DNA from: Candidatus Nitrosopelagicus sp. | GTDB taxonomy: Archaea; Thermoproteota; Nitrososphaeria; Nitrososphaerales; Nitrosopumilaceae | Assembly (NCBI GenBank): GCA_028345095.1 | Contig: JAOMCQ010000004.1 | Coordinates: 12,407-76,406, forward strand | Length of the DNA: 64,000 nt | Reading direction: 5' to 3' | In this document: positions 9,875 to 20,653 of the stretch, piece after piece | Position numbering within the stretch: the stretch's first letter is position 1 | Layout of the letters: every line of letters begins with the position of its first letter | Program-made: the position numbers and the translations under genes | Notes under the pieces: model-generated | Told to the model about the DNA's origin: nothing | The model's input: only the letters and a program-made list of their open reading frames with translations | The model's database searches: none

Positions 9875-10185
9875 TTACCACAACTACATGGATCGTTATC
9901 ACTACATGAATCATCAACAATTCTAAATTTATCTGTCTGTTCAAATTTTGATTGTGCATAATGTGAAATATTTACAATTCGAGTTCTAACATCTTTTGTA
10001 TTCCAACTACCCTCATTCTCAAACCAAGACTCAATTTCATCTATATCATATCTCTCACCATTCTCATTAATTTCCTTAAAGATTTGTTTAATGACCGATT
10101 CATTTTCAAGTGTTAATTTGGATTTATTTTCTATCAAGGTTGTAATTTCATTTAAGCGCATTATTGTTGAATTTAGCAGTGGCAT
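9871..10185 (-). CDS. Hypothetical protein with Cys-rich C-terminus
   Basis: 104-aa ORF ending CSDNDPCSCGN. Confidence 0.75.
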   Translation of the reverse strand: MPLLNSTIMRLNEITTLIENKSKLTLENESVIKQIFKEINENGERYDIDEIESWFENEGSWNTKDVRTRIVNISHYAQSKFEQTDKFRIVDDSCSDNDPCSCGN

Positions 10186-10225
10186 AAAATTATTAATTTA
10201 TTAAACAATATAATATTTCCATTAT

Positions 10226-10573
10226 ATGCAATATTTTCAAGCATTGAAGATGGGACAAAAACGTGTTGAAGCATCCCGCGCATATCTAAATTCAATATCA
10301 AATGATAGGGCTATGCCGGCATTAGCATTAAGAGATAACAAAACTAACGTATGGGAACCAGTGGGCGAAGAAAATCTATATGCTGTGATTGATGAATCTT
10401 CAGGATTTGTTCTAACAGATTCTAGTGGATATATTATTGCAATATGTGATTCAAATGGCACCTCAAAATCGCTAGTTCAGAGTCTTAATCAAGAACAAAA
10501 AGACAACATTGTGGAATTATTGAAAAAAGATAACATTGTAGAGTACAAAGGCAAAGTAGCTTTACCTGTGTAG
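10226..10573 (+). CDS. Hypothetical protein
   Basis: 115-aa ORF with upstream TATA. Confidence 0.75.
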   Translation: MQYFQALKMGQKRVEASRAYLNSISNDRAMPALALRDNKTNVWEPVGEENLYAVIDESSGFVLTDSSGYIIAICDSNGTSKSLVQSLNQEQKDNIVELLKKDNIVEYKGKVALPV

Positions 10574-10605
10574 ATTTTATTAATGCCATCTATTATCATA
10601 CTAAG

Positions 10606-11829
10606 ATGAACAAATATTCAAAAATCATAGAGGTAAGAGGACACCTTATCGATTCATTGGTTTTAACAAAAATCTTCGATAGGGTAATGGATCTTGAAGG
10701 TAAATTTGAAGTTATGAAAATTTCAGTTGGAAAACTAAAAACAGATGAAAGTTATGCAAAATTACGAATTATTGGAAAAAACGTTATACATCTAAATGAA
10801 ATAATGACTGCGCTACATAGAGAAGGTGCAACAACAAAAATACAAAAAAAATGTAAAACAAAAATAGCTACAAAAAACATGGTATTCCCAGATAATTTTT
10901 ACAGTACCACAAACAACCACACATCAATTTATCATAATAACAAATGGCTTAATGTAGATAACATGATGATGGACAAATGCATTATTGTGAAAGGAAACAA
11001 AGCAACCTGTGTACCAATTAGAGAGGTTAGAAAAGGAGACAAAGTAGTAGTTGGAGAGGATGGAATTAAAGTTTCAACCCCTGAACGTCCAAGAGAAGGA
11101 ATGAATGTATTTCAATTCATGGGAAGCGGTAGTTCTAGTGAAAGACCAACTCAACATATTGCACGTAAGGTTGCAGAAGATATTATCCTAACGAAAAAGC
11201 AAGGTGGAAAGATTGTTCTAGTTGGAGGTCCAGCAATTGTACATACAGGTGCAGCTGACGCTGTTGCAAAATTGATTAAAACAGGCCACATAAATGCAGT
11301 ATTGGCAGGAAATGCACTGGCAGTACATGATGTAGAATATGCAACACTTGGCACTTCATTAGGAATGAGGGTTAAAGATGGGACATTGGCTGTAAGAGGC
11401 CATAGAAATCATATGGATGCCATAAATTCTGTATTCAAAGCAGGATCATTAAAGAAAATGGTACAACAAAAAAAATTAAAACAAGGAATAATGTATGAAT
11501 GTATTAAGAAAAAAATTCCATTTGTCTTAGCAGGTTCGTTAAGGGATGATGGACCGTTACCTGATGTAATTACGGACATTGCAGTAGCCCAAAAAGAATA
11601 CAAAAAAGTTTTGAAAGATGCAAGCATGGTGATCATGGTATCTACAATGTTGCATTCAATTGCTACTGGCAACATGCTTCCAGCAAATGTAAAGGTGATT
11701 GTAATTGATATCAATCAACCAACAGTAACAAAATTAATGGATAGAGGAACTTGGCAGGCATTAGGAATTGTGTCGGATGTAGGTGCATTTCTACCAATGG
11801 TTGCAAACCAAATTGGCGGTAAAAAATGA
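10606..11829 (+). CDS. TIGR00300/LOR-SDH family protein (ornithine cyclodeaminase-like)
   Basis: GHLIDS, FYSTTN, FMGSGSSSERP, GGPAIVHTG, GNALAVHD, TMLHSIATGN. Confidence 0.85.
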   Translation: MNKYSKIIEVRGHLIDSLVLTKIFDRVMDLEGKFEVMKISVGKLKTDESYAKLRIIGKNVIHLNEIMTALHREGATTKIQKKCKTKIATKNMVFPDNFYSTTNNHTSIYHNNKWLNVDNMMMDKCIIVKGNKATCVPIREVRKGDKVVVGEDGIKVSTPERPREGMNVFQFMGSGSSSERPTQHIARKVAEDIILTKKQGGKIVLVGGPAIVHTGAADAVAKLIKTGHINAVLAGNALAVHDVEYATLGTSLGMRVKDGTLAVRGHRNHMDAINSVFKAGSLKKMVQQKKLKQGIMYECIKKKIPFVLAGSLRDDGPLPDVITDIAVAQKEYKKVLKDASMVIMVSTMLHSIATGNMLPANVKVIVIDINQPTVTKLMDRGTWQALGIVSDVGAFLPMVANQIGGKK

Positions 11830-12158
11830 CATTAAAGGAAATTGAAAATATTGATTTTGAGAAAGGAAATGGAATAGTTCCAGTAATTGTTCAAGATTCA
11901 AACTCTAAAGAGGTTCTTACGCTAGCATATTCAAATAAAGAATCACTTGAATTAACTAAAAAAACTGGAAATTCTTGGTTTTGGAGTCGCTCCAGAAATA
12001 AACTATGGATGAAAGGTGAAGAGTCAGGAAACACACAGAAAGTCAAGAAAATACTAGTAGATTGTGACTCAGATGCCATAATCTACCTAGTGGAACCATC
12101 AGGTCCAGCTTGCCATACAGGTGAACAAACATGTTTTCATAATGATATGAAATCTTAA
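11826..12158 (+). CDS. hisI: Phosphoribosyl-AMP cyclohydrolase
   Basis: WSRSR..LWMKGEESGN, DCDSD, ACHTG..TCF. Confidence 0.96.
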   Translation: MTLKEIENIDFEKGNGIVPVIVQDSNSKEVLTLAYSNKESLELTKKTGNSWFWSRSRNKLWMKGEESGNTQKVKKILVDCDSDAIIYLVEPSGPACHTGEQTCFHNDMKS

Positions 12159-12161
12159 AAA

Positions 12162-13568
12162 TTATTGAGTTAATTTTGATTTAATCAATTCGAGTGTTTT
12201 AACAGGATCTGCTTTACCTTTTGTTTTTTGCATGACTTTTCCAACTAGGAAATTCACTGTTTCAGGACGCTCTTTGGCATCAATTACCGCCTGTTTTTCC
12301 TCTTCAAAAATTTGAGAAATTATATCATCTATTTTAGAGGAATCTGAAACTTGACCTAAATCCATTTCTTTCAATACATCTTTTGTATCATTACCTGATT
12401 TCATAATTTCTTGAAGTGCAACTTTTGCAGAATTTCGAGTTATTGTTTTAGAGTTTATTGCATCAATCAAATCAGATAGATGTTTGGAAGTAATCTTTGA
12501 GTTCTCTTGTTTTTCCTTGGTATCGATGAAACCTATCACATCAGTTGTTATCAAATTTGCAATATCTTTTGCATTATTATCAGAGTATGCGTTTTCAAAT
12601 AATTTTGAATAGTATTTATCGGATGCAATAATATCGGCAACCTGAGGGGCAATATCGAATTTTTCAACATATCTTTCTTTTTTAGAACTAATACTTTCAG
12701 GCATATTTTCTTTTAATCTATCTCTTGTACTTTGATCAATTTTTACCCAAGGAATATCATTTTCCAAGAAATATCGATAATCTTGATCTTCTTCTTTACT
12801 TCTAGAACTAACAGTTATCTTTCTTCTATCATCCCAATGTCTGGTTTCTTGAGCAATTTCAATATCTCTTTCAAACAAACTTTGTTGTCTTGTAATTTCA
12901 AAGTGCAGTGCTTTTTCTAAATCATGAAATGAACCTATATTTTTAATTTCAACTTTATTTCCTCCCTCAATTGAAACATTTCCATCAGCACGCATTGCAC
13001 CTTCCAAACCCGGTTCTGCAACCCCTAGATTTTCTAGTAAATCTGATAAAATATTCAAAAACACTCTAACTTGACGTGGACTTTCAAAATCCGGGTCCGT
13101 TACAATTTCCACTAGTGGAGTTCCAGCTCTATTGTAATCTACAAGCGTAATTTTTGTTCTTTCAGATGCACCTTCGTATATAATTCGTCCTGGATCTTCT
13201 TCTAATTGAATACGTCTAATCTTAATTTTTTTATCTTCAACACTGACATAACCCTCTCCTCCAACACTCATATCTCCGTAGACATTGAGTTGTGTTATCT
13301 GGAAGTTTTTTGGTAAATCTGGATAAAAATAATTTTTTCTAAAAAATGCAATTTTTTCAGGGGTGTCGCAAGTTAATGCAAGAGCAATACTTGTTGCAGA
13401 TTCAACTGCTTTTTGATTTAATCTTGGAAGTGAACCTGGAAGCCCCATACATACAGGACATATGTTGTGGTTTGGTTCAAATTCCCTGTAATTTGCCTTA
13501 CATGAACAAAATAATTTACTCTCCAGTTTTGTTAGTTGACAGTGAATTTCCAGTCCTATTTTTGTCAT
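12162..13568 (-). CDS. gatB: Asp/Glu-tRNA amidotransferase subunit B
   Basis: IGLEIHCQL, RKNYFYPDLPK, DYNRAGTPLVEIVT. Confidence 0.97.
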   Translation of the reverse strand: MTKIGLEIHCQLTKLESKLFCSCKANYREFEPNHNICPVCMGLPGSLPRLNQKAVESATSIALALTCDTPEKIAFFRKNYFYPDLPKNFQITQLNVYGDMSVGGEGYVSVEDKKIKIRRIQLEEDPGRIIYEGASERTKITLVDYNRAGTPLVEIVTDPDFESPRQVRVFLNILSDLLENLGVAEPGLEGAMRADGNVSIEGGNKVEIKNIGSFHDLEKALHFEITRQQSLFERDIEIAQETRHWDDRRKITVSSRSKEEDQDYRYFLENDIPWVKIDQSTRDRLKENMPESISSKKERYVEKFDIAPQVADIIASDKYYSKLFENAYSDNNAKDIANLITTDVIGFIDTKEKQENSKITSKHLSDLIDAINSKTITRNSAKVALQEIMKSGNDTKDVLKEMDLGQVSDSSKIDDIISQIFEEEKQAVIDAKERPETVNFLVGKVMQKTKGKADPVKTLELIKSKLTQ

Positions 13569-15013
13569 AGTGGAACCTCCGGTAAATTAGTTTTTGATTC
13601 TAATGCATATGCAGATTGGAATAGTGCTTTTTCTTTCAAACTATTTGCCATAATTTGCATTCCTATTGGAAGTCCATTAATCACGCGATATGGAACTGAA
13701 ATTGCAGGCTTGCCAGTAAGATTTGCGGTAACCGTATTGTAATCTAATAACATCAGCGTTACAGGATCATCTATTTTTTCTCCAAATTGAAATGGCTGTA
13801 CGGGTGCAGTGGGTGCAATGAGATAATCAAATTTTTCAAATGCTTGATTTATTTCAGAAATTAATTTTGATTTTACTTTTAGTGCCTTTAAAAAATATTT
13901 GCCAGCATGTCCTGCAGAGGGTACAAATCCACCTAAAATAATTCTACGTGTTACTTCCGGTCCAAATTTTGCTCGTGATTTAGATATGTAAGAATTGTAT
14001 TCATATCCCTCAGATTCTAGTTCATAACCATAACGTATGTTATCATAACGTGCTAAATTACTACCAGCTTCAGTTGAAGTTATTGTATAATATGCAGCAA
14101 CAGTGTAAGGGATGGTAGGAAGTGTTACTTCTTCACATGAAGCACCCAAACTCTCAAAATCTCGTATGGCATCTTTTGTAGCCATAGAAACTTCTGAGCT
14201 TAAACCTTCAGACGTAGTCATTTCTTTTATAATTCCAATTTTCTTACCTTCAATTCCATCCTCTATATTTTCAAGATAATTTACATTATTGTTATTGATC
14301 GTAGTGTCATCATTAGCATCTTGGCCAGCAATTACGTTTAACAAGAATGCAGAATCTTTTACAGTTTTTGTCATTGGGCCAATCTGTTCAATACTATTCG
14401 CATAAGAAATCAAACCATATCTGCTGATTAATCCATATGTCGGTTTTAGACCTACAACTGAACAAAAACTAGCAGGGTTTCTGACAGATCCTCCTGTATC
14501 AGAACCTAGTGATGCAAGACATTCATTTGCAGCAACAGATGCAGCACTTCCACCTGAAGATCCTCCAGGAACATAGTCGAGATTCCATGGATTTTTTGTA
14601 GGCCCAAATGCACTAAATTCCGTAGTCAAACCCATTGCAAATTCATCCAAATTTGTTTTACCTGTAATTACTGCATCTTCATTTTGTAAACGATTTACAA
14701 CAGTGGAAGTGTATGGGGCGATGAAATTTTCTAATATTTTTGAAGCACAGGTAGTTTTAGTACCGGTGATGCAAATGTTATCTTTGATTGAAATAGGAAA
14801 TCCATAACACTGACCAACTTTTTCTCCAGAGGATATTTTTTTATCAATGAGTTTTGCGTCGGTTAATGCAGAATCATTTAATGACAAATATGCATGTACG
14901 GCACCATCTACATCTTTAATTCGTTGTAAAGTTTCGACGACAAATTCTTCAACAGTGAACGTTTTAGATTTTACATCTTCGATGTATTTTAGAATAGAAG
15001 TGTTCAGATTCAT
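13565..15013 (-). CDS. gatA: Asp/Glu-tRNA amidotransferase subunit A
   Basis: Amidase signature GGSSGGSAA, GSDTGGSVRNPA. Confidence 0.97.
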   Translation of the reverse strand: MNLNTSILKYIEDVKSKTFTVEEFVVETLQRIKDVDGAVHAYLSLNDSALTDAKLIDKKISSGEKVGQCYGFPISIKDNICITGTKTTCASKILENFIAPYTSTVVNRLQNEDAVITGKTNLDEFAMGLTTEFSAFGPTKNPWNLDYVPGGSSGGSAASVAANECLASLGSDTGGSVRNPASFCSVVGLKPTYGLISRYGLISYANSIEQIGPMTKTVKDSAFLLNVIAGQDANDDTTINNNNVNYLENIEDGIEGKKIGIIKEMTTSEGLSSEVSMATKDAIRDFESLGASCEEVTLPTIPYTVAAYYTITSTEAGSNLARYDNIRYGYELESEGYEYNSYISKSRAKFGPEVTRRIILGGFVPSAGHAGKYFLKALKVKSKLISEINQAFEKFDYLIAPTAPVQPFQFGEKIDDPVTLMLLDYNTVTANLTGKPAISVPYRVINGLPIGMQIMANSLKEKALFQSAYALESKTNLPEVPL

Positions 15014-15280
15014 CTAATTCATCTTTGGTGCACGAACATAATGTTCACGGAAGTTCTTTAATGATTCAATTAGTTTTTTATCATTTGGAATAAATTCATC
15101 TTTTCGTAATTCGTTTAAGGATTTTTGTTGAGCAGTGATTTCTTCAGAGGATAGATCAATTTGGTCTAAAATATCAAAATATTCAAGCATTTTCTTTACA
15201 CGGCTTACATGTTCACCATGTTCTTCTAGATCTATTTTCATTAATTCTGCTACTCGGATTATTTCTTCTTCATCAACCAT
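15014..15280 (-). CDS. gatC: Asp/Glu-tRNA amidotransferase subunit C
   Basis: Size, position between aspS and gatA, LRKDE...YVRAPK. Confidence 0.9.
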   Translation of the reverse strand: MVDEEEIIRVAELMKIDLEEHGEHVSRVKKMLEYFDILDQIDLSSEEITAQQKSLNELRKDEFIPNDKKLIESLKNFREHYVRAPKMN

Positions 15281-15325
15281 GTTTTGAAGTAAAATCCCCC
15301 ATAGATATTATTTTGCGAGGAAAGA

Positions 15326-16636
15326 TTAAGGCGTTAGTCTGTCGACATCTCTAGGGTAGAATGTTGTATCCCGAATATTTTCAGTTCCAGTAAGAGCCAT
15401 CATTAATCTTTCAAGACCAATTCCACATCCAGCATGAGGTGGAACACCAAAATCAAATATGTTAAGATGATAGTCAAATGCTTCAGTTTTCATACCTTTA
15501 TTCTTCATTCTATCCTCTAATTCAGATTTCTTCTCAATTCTTGTGCTTCCAGAAGATAATTCCAAATCCCCCCACATCAAATCAAATGATTCAGATATTT
15601 TTTCATCGTCCTTTTTCACCTTAACATAGAAAGGTTTTGGACCCATTGGCCAGTCAATTATGAAGTAAAACCCAGTTAAACCAATTTTTTGTAGGTTTTT
15701 TGGATACAAATCATCACCCCATTGTGCCTTAACTCCTGCAGCCTGCATCTTTTCAATTAATTCTGCATATTTGTAACGTGGAATTTTATCAGGAATGTCT
15801 GGAACATTAAATTCAACATCATGATTGTCTTTTACAAAATTTTGTACTGTGGCAATACAGTTTTTGATTAGGTCTTCGATTCTATCCATTACATCATTAT
15901 AATCCACATATGCTTCTTCAAAATCAATAGAAATTGCTTCAGACAAATGTCGATTTGTTCTAGATGGTTCAGCTCTAAATATTGGAGCAATTTCAAAAAC
16001 TTTTTCAAAACTCATTGTCAATTGTTCTTTGTAAAGTTGGGGGCTCTGAGCTAAGAATGCTTCTTTATTGTAATAGAAAATTGGAAATAATGCTGCACCG
16101 CCTTCTGTAGCTGTAGCAATCATTTTTGGAGTATTAACTTCAACAAAATCTTCTTTTCCAAAATAATCTCGTAGTGCTTTTAGTGTTACACTTCTTGCAA
16201 GAAATATTTTTTGCAAAACATTCCTTCTAAGATCAATTGCTCTTACTTCTAATCGTGTATCAATATTTTTTACAGTTTTTGCATAAGGTTCGAATGGCGG
16301 GATTTTTTCAACTTCTGAGAAAACTCGCATCTCACTTGGAACTACCTCAATTCCAGTAGGAGATTTTTCATTTTTTCTAGTTTTACCAATTACTGCAATT
16401 GATGAATGTTCTTTTAGATGTGAAAGTTTTTCACGTATATCATCATCACATTCTCCACTTTTTGTTATAATCTGAATATTTCCTAATTTGTCACGAATTG
16501 TAGCAAATACAATATTTCCATGACCACGAACGGTTACAACCCAGCCCATTACAACCACCTCTGTACCTTCAGCTAAAGAATTTAATTCAGTTGAATGATG
16601 CGTTCGCCTTAGATCTCCTAGTTCAGTTCCAATCAT
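15326..16636 (-). CDS. aspS: Aspartyl-tRNA synthetase (archaeal, probably non-discriminating)
   Basis: LAQSPQLYK, FRAE, PPHAGCGIGLER; co-located with gatCAB. Confidence 0.96.
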   Translation of the reverse strand: MIGTELGDLRRTHHSTELNSLAEGTEVVVMGWVVTVRGHGNIVFATIRDKLGNIQIITKSGECDDDIREKLSHLKEHSSIAVIGKTRKNEKSPTGIEVVPSEMRVFSEVEKIPPFEPYAKTVKNIDTRLEVRAIDLRRNVLQKIFLARSVTLKALRDYFGKEDFVEVNTPKMIATATEGGAALFPIFYYNKEAFLAQSPQLYKEQLTMSFEKVFEIAPIFRAEPSRTNRHLSEAISIDFEEAYVDYNDVMDRIEDLIKNCIATVQNFVKDNHDVEFNVPDIPDKIPRYKYAELIEKMQAAGVKAQWGDDLYPKNLQKIGLTGFYFIIDWPMGPKPFYVKVKKDDEKISESFDLMWGDLELSSGSTRIEKKSELEDRMKNKGMKTEAFDYHLNIFDFGVPPHAGCGIGLERLMMALTGTENIRDTTFYPRDVDRLTP

Positions 16637-16711
16637 TTAGTTTAAAGTAATTTTTTGGGTTTATTTTACATTTGGTTTACAATTTTTATTTTAGAGTATA
16701 ATTGACAGTGT

Positions 16712-16918
16712 ATGAATACGCGAGAGCAAGCTATTGCCTACATATCAGGTGCCATTGCCACATATTCGCTTAGAAAAGAGAGAGGGGAATTGGAAGATCA
16801 GGCATCGATGTATGATTTTCTAGCAAAAATCATTCCTGAAGATCTTGAATCTGAAGCAAAAATCGAGTTAATTGACGAGATCTTTCAATATGTGTCAACA
16901 AAACTATCTAGGGAATAG
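16712..16918 (+). CDS. Hypothetical protein
   Basis: 68-aa ORF. Confidence 0.7.
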   Translation: MNTREQAIAYISGAIATYSLRKERGELEDQASMYDFLAKIIPEDLESEAKIELIDEIFQYVSTKLSRE

Positions 16919-16952
16919 ATTCAAAAAGCCAATCAGATAGGGAAAAATACTC

Positions 16953-17978
16953 TTGACAAGCATTGCCACTTTAGGGTCTCACTGTTCATTACAAGTTTTG
17001 AAAGGTGCAAAAGATGAAGGATTCAAAACAATACTTGTTTGTGAAAAAAAACGTGAAACATTATACAGCCGATTCAAATTCATTGATGAATTAATTATTG
17101 TCGAAAAATTTTCCGAGATATTAGATTCAAAAATACAGGATAAACTCAAACAACAAAATGCAATATTAATCCCTCATGGAACCTTAATTGCTCAAATGAG
17201 CTCTGAAGAGATTGAATCAATTAGTGTGCCAATTTTTGGTAATAAATGGATTCTAAGATGGGAATCAGACAGAACCATGAAAGAAAAACTCATGAGAGAG
17301 GCAACTCTGCCAATGCCAAAACCCGTAATAGAACCAAAAGATATTGAGAAATTAGTAATTGTGAAAAGACAAGGGGCGGCTGGAGGTAAAGGCTATTTCA
17401 TGGCAGCTAATGAAGAAGATTATAACACAAAAAGAAATCAATTGATTTTGGAAGGAGTAATCTCAAAAGATGAAACACTATACATTCAAGAATATGCAGC
17501 AGGTGTTTTAGCCTATTTACAGTTCTTCTACTCTCCATTAACCAATGAATTAGAATTCTTCGGAGTTGATCAAAGACATGAATCAGATATTGAAGGTCTT
17601 GGCAGAATTCCATCAGAACAACAATTAAAATCAAAAAAAGTCCCATCCTTTAATGTAATTGGAAATAGCCCACTAGTGTTGAGGGAGTCATTATTAGATG
17701 AAGTGTATAAAATGGGCGAAAATTTTGTTGAAGCCGCAAAAAGAATTGTTTCACCAGGTATGAATGGTCCATTTTGTATTGAAGGAGTTTATGATGAAAA
17801 TGCAAAATTTACATCATTTGAATTTTCAGCAAGAATTGTTGCAGGAACTAACATCTACATGGATGGTTCACCCTACTATTCATTATTATTCAATGAGAAT
17901 ATGAGTATGGGGAAAAGAATTGCAAGAGAAATTAATATGGCTGAAGAAAAAAATCAAATAGAAAAAATTGTTACCTAA
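16953..17978 (+). CDS. purP: Formate-dependent FAICAR synthetase
   Basis: IATLGSHCSLQ, GAKDEGF, FEFSARIVAGTN. Confidence 0.93.
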   Translation: MTSIATLGSHCSLQVLKGAKDEGFKTILVCEKKRETLYSRFKFIDELIIVEKFSEILDSKIQDKLKQQNAILIPHGTLIAQMSSEEIESISVPIFGNKWILRWESDRTMKEKLMREATLPMPKPVIEPKDIEKLVIVKRQGAAGGKGYFMAANEEDYNTKRNQLILEGVISKDETLYIQEYAAGVLAYLQFFYSPLTNELEFFGVDQRHESDIEGLGRIPSEQQLKSKKVPSFNVIGNSPLVLRESLLDEVYKMGENFVEAAKRIVSPGMNGPFCIEGVYDENAKFTSFEFSARIVAGTNIYMDGSPYYSLLFNENMSMGKRIAREINMAEEKNQIEKIVT

Positions 17979-17980
17979 AA

Positions 17981-18397
17981 TTATTGTAATACTCTAGGAA
18001 CCTTTTTGATTAAATGTGAGATAGATATTCTACCTGGACCGCTAACAATTATCACTAGGCTTGCAGCAAGAAGAATTAAATCAAATTCATAACCCTTGTC
18101 ACCAGTAAGACTAGTTGCACCTTTAACAAGAAATATTGCTCCAAGCATTACTATAGATAATAATGCCCCAGATATTCGTGTTAAAACTCCAATTAAGAGT
18201 AAAATCCCAGGTACAAATTCAGCTAATGCAATAGGAATTTGCATTTCTGCAGGAATCCCCATACTAGATATCCATCCACCGAACCCAGGATTTCCAAATT
18301 TTCCAAATCCATGAACTATGAAGATAACTCCAATAGTTGCACGCATTCCCATATGTGCAACATCATGTAGCATATTTCTTGAAAGTTCAGCATTCAT
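17981..18397 (-). CDS. DoxX family membrane protein
   Basis: R..IGVIFIVHGFGK, E...G, GYEFDL, GPGRIS. Confidence 0.9.
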   Translation of the reverse strand: MNAELSRNMLHDVAHMGMRATIGVIFIVHGFGKFGNPGFGGWISSMGIPAEMQIPIALAEFVPGILLLIGVLTRISGALLSIVMLGAIFLVKGATSLTGDKGYEFDLILLAASLVIIVSGPGRISISHLIKKVPRVLQ

Positions 18398-18450
18398 ATT
18401 TTTTTCAGTTTAATTGAATTAATAACCTCTATGTATATTCTCTAAATGTA

Positions 18451-18885
18451 TTACAAAGTAAGTGACATTCTAATATGATCAATTCCAACACGTTGAAAGA
18501 TTTCCCCTTTTTCAAGGAATCCACATTTTTTATAAAAATTTCTTACAGAATAGATAGAATCTAAGAAGATTTGGGTATAACCTAGCGCACTATAGAATTC
18601 TTTTAATTGTACAATACAATCCCGACCATAATTCTTTGTTCGAAATTCTTGTAAAATACCCATACGCTCCAATTTTAAAGATTCACCTGATAAAACAAAT
18701 CTTACAGATCCAACTACATTTTTTCCATCAAATATTAAAAAATGATCACAAAATTCATCAAACTTATCAAATAATTCGGATTCAGAGATACCTAACTCGT
18801 CAGCAAAAATACTTTTTCGGATAATTTTAATTTTTAAAAAATCTTTATCTTTAAAATTTAATTTGATGACTTGTATTTGAGACAT
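18451..18885 (-). CDS. GNAT acetyltransferase (ElaA-like)
   Basis: IRKSIF..E, FYKKCGF, GIDHIRM. Confidence 0.88.
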   Translation of the reverse strand: MSQIQVIKLNFKDKDFLKIKIIRKSIFADELGISESELFDKFDEFCDHFLIFDGKNVVGSVRFVLSGESLKLERMGILQEFRTKNYGRDCIVQLKEFYSALGYTQIFLDSIYSVRNFYKKCGFLEKGEIFQRVGIDHIRMSLTL

Positions 18886-18902
18886 TAAAATTATAATTTG
18901 TT

Positions 18903-19280
18903 TTATTTCTTCGAATTATTTGGAAATAGGTGTAATATAGCATCATCGTTTTCTAAAGTTATTTCTGCATGACCAATTCGGCTTTTGTATAATTTGATTT
19001 TTTTACCATCAATAAAATTAAATTTTTCAATTTCAACTAATGTTAATTCCTCTAATTTTCCAAGAGTTTTGTATACAGCTGATAATGAAATATTTAATTC
19101 AGATGCAATTTGTGGTGCATCTTTTGCAGAATTCACTATAGAAAATAATACCGACCGATGACATGCATTAACTAAAGATTCCATAATTTTTTGAGTTATA
19201 TCATATTCACTTAATTGTAAAACATTTGGTTTAGGAAGAGCCTCACGAACTATACTTTTCTTCAATTCATTTGTTATCAT
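18903..19280 (-). CDS. ArsR-like winged-helix transcription regulator
   Basis: IASELNISLSAVYKTLGKL HTH. Confidence 0.85.
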   Translation of the reverse strand: MITNELKKSIVREALPKPNVLQLSEYDITQKIMESLVNACHRSVLFSIVNSAKDAPQIASELNISLSAVYKTLGKLEELTLVEIEKFNFIDGKKIKLYKSRIGHAEITLENDDAILHLFPNNSKK

Positions 19281-19605
19281 TTGGTGTTAACGTTAATGCC
19301 GCTTCAGGTTTTTTTATACTTATCTCGGCGTCCTTAATTCTACTCTTGTACACTTTAAATCGCCTACCTTTTTCAGATATTTGCCAACTATCAACATGAA
19401 TTAATGTAAGCTCTTCTAAATCAGATATTTTTTTATAAACGGAACTAAGTGGGATTTTATGTTTTTCAGATAATTCTGCGGCCGTTTTCCCCCTTCTAAT
19501 AATTGAAAAAATAATTGCACGTGATTCAGCATCTGCAAGCATCTCAATTACTTTTTGTGTGACATCATATTTTTTTAATTGTGGTAACGTGATACGTTTT
19601 GCCAT
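19267..19605 (-). CDS. ArsR-like winged-helix transcription regulator (paralog of neighbour)
   Basis: ELSEKHKIPLSSVYKKISDL; shares YD.TQK..E.L and YKSRI with neighbour. Confidence 0.85.
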   Translation of the reverse strand: MAKRITLPQLKKYDVTQKVIEMLADAESRAIIFSIIRRGKTAAELSEKHKIPLSSVYKKISDLEELTLIHVDSWQISEKGRRFKVYKSRIKDAEISIKKPEAALTLTPNDNK

Positions 19606-19682
19606 ATCGTATTGATTTCATTTGGGTATATAATATTCATTATATATTCTCAGAATTTAGAATGAGGATATAGAATTGCTAA

Positions 19683-19895
19683 TTAATGACACGGAAAGCC
19701 GGCTGCATGTCTCATGTCATGTGTTAATTCATGAATAAACATTTCATCAAATGCTTGTTCACCCATAACTACACTAAATATATGACCTTGGTCAAAACCT
19801 ACTACAAACAATCCAAATCCAAATACAAGAGCAAGTACTGTAATTGTTAGTTTAGATACACTTGAAGATGTAACTGTTGTTTGTTTCTGTGACAT
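19683..19895 (-). CDS. cbtB: CbtB-like cobalt transporter subunit (start at ATG 19895)
   Basis: One TM helix plus C-terminal HELTHDMRHAAGFPCH signature. Confidence 0.88.
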   Translation of the reverse strand: MSQKQTTVTSSSVSKLTITVLALVFGFGLFVVGFDQGHIFSVVMGEQAFDEMFIHELTHDMRHAAGFPCH

Positions 19896-19948
19896 AGGTT
19901 TTTTGTAAAATACAATATATTTAAAGTAATTGAAAAACGTTCCATAGT

Positions 19949-20599
19949 ATGAAGATCTATTTTCTGGGTATTCCAATAATTATTGGCATTCTGTTTGGGG
20001 TCATAATGATAACTAATTTAGATAAAACATCAGATGATTTGATGATTTTAAATAAAGAAAATCTCCTAAAGGGATCAACAATTTTGGGTAATCCAAATGC
20101 CAAAATAACAATAGTAGAATTTGGTGATTATCAATGCACATTTTGTTATAAATTTCATGATGAGACAATGGATAAAATTTATGAAAAGTATGTAGAGAAT
20201 GGTGAGATTAATTTTGTCTACAAGGACTTTCCCTTAAATGGTGCAGCATCCATCTTGGCGTCTGAAGCATCTTATTGTGCACAAAATCAAGATAAATTTT
20301 GGGAATATCACAATATGCTTTATGACAATTGGGCAGGGGAGAATACAGGATGGATAACAAACAACGTATTGCTAGAATTTGCGAAAGAATCAGGATTAAA
20401 TCTTGATCAATTTAATTCTTGTATGAATAATTCAATTTTTTATCAAAAAGTTATAGAGAATGAGCAATTTGCAAAGAAAATTAACATAGATGCAACACCT
20501 TCATTTCTAATATTCAATGAAAATGAGGTGTATAGGATAAAAGGAGCACAGTCATTTGAAATATTTGAACAAACAATTCAAGAACTTGGAACAAATTAA
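19949..20599 (+). CDS. DsbA-family thioredoxin-fold oxidoreductase
   Basis: EFGDYQCTFC, ATPSF, N-terminal TM. Confidence 0.9.
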   Translation: MKIYFLGIPIIIGILFGVIMITNLDKTSDDLMILNKENLLKGSTILGNPNAKITIVEFGDYQCTFCYKFHDETMDKIYEKYVENGEINFVYKDFPLNGAASILASEASYCAQNQDKFWEYHNMLYDNWAGENTGWITNNVLLEFAKESGLNLDQFNSCMNNSIFYQKVIENEQFAKKINIDATPSFLIFNENEVYRIKGAQSFEIFEQTIQELGTN

Positions 20600-20653
20600 A
20601 ACTAGATGAATACCATAATCACCTTAATATTCCAACTCAAGGACTATTAGAAA

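Noticed and set aside
19896-19976. N-terminal extension of cbtB
   Set aside because: It spans the divergent promoter and overlaps the start of the DsbA gene
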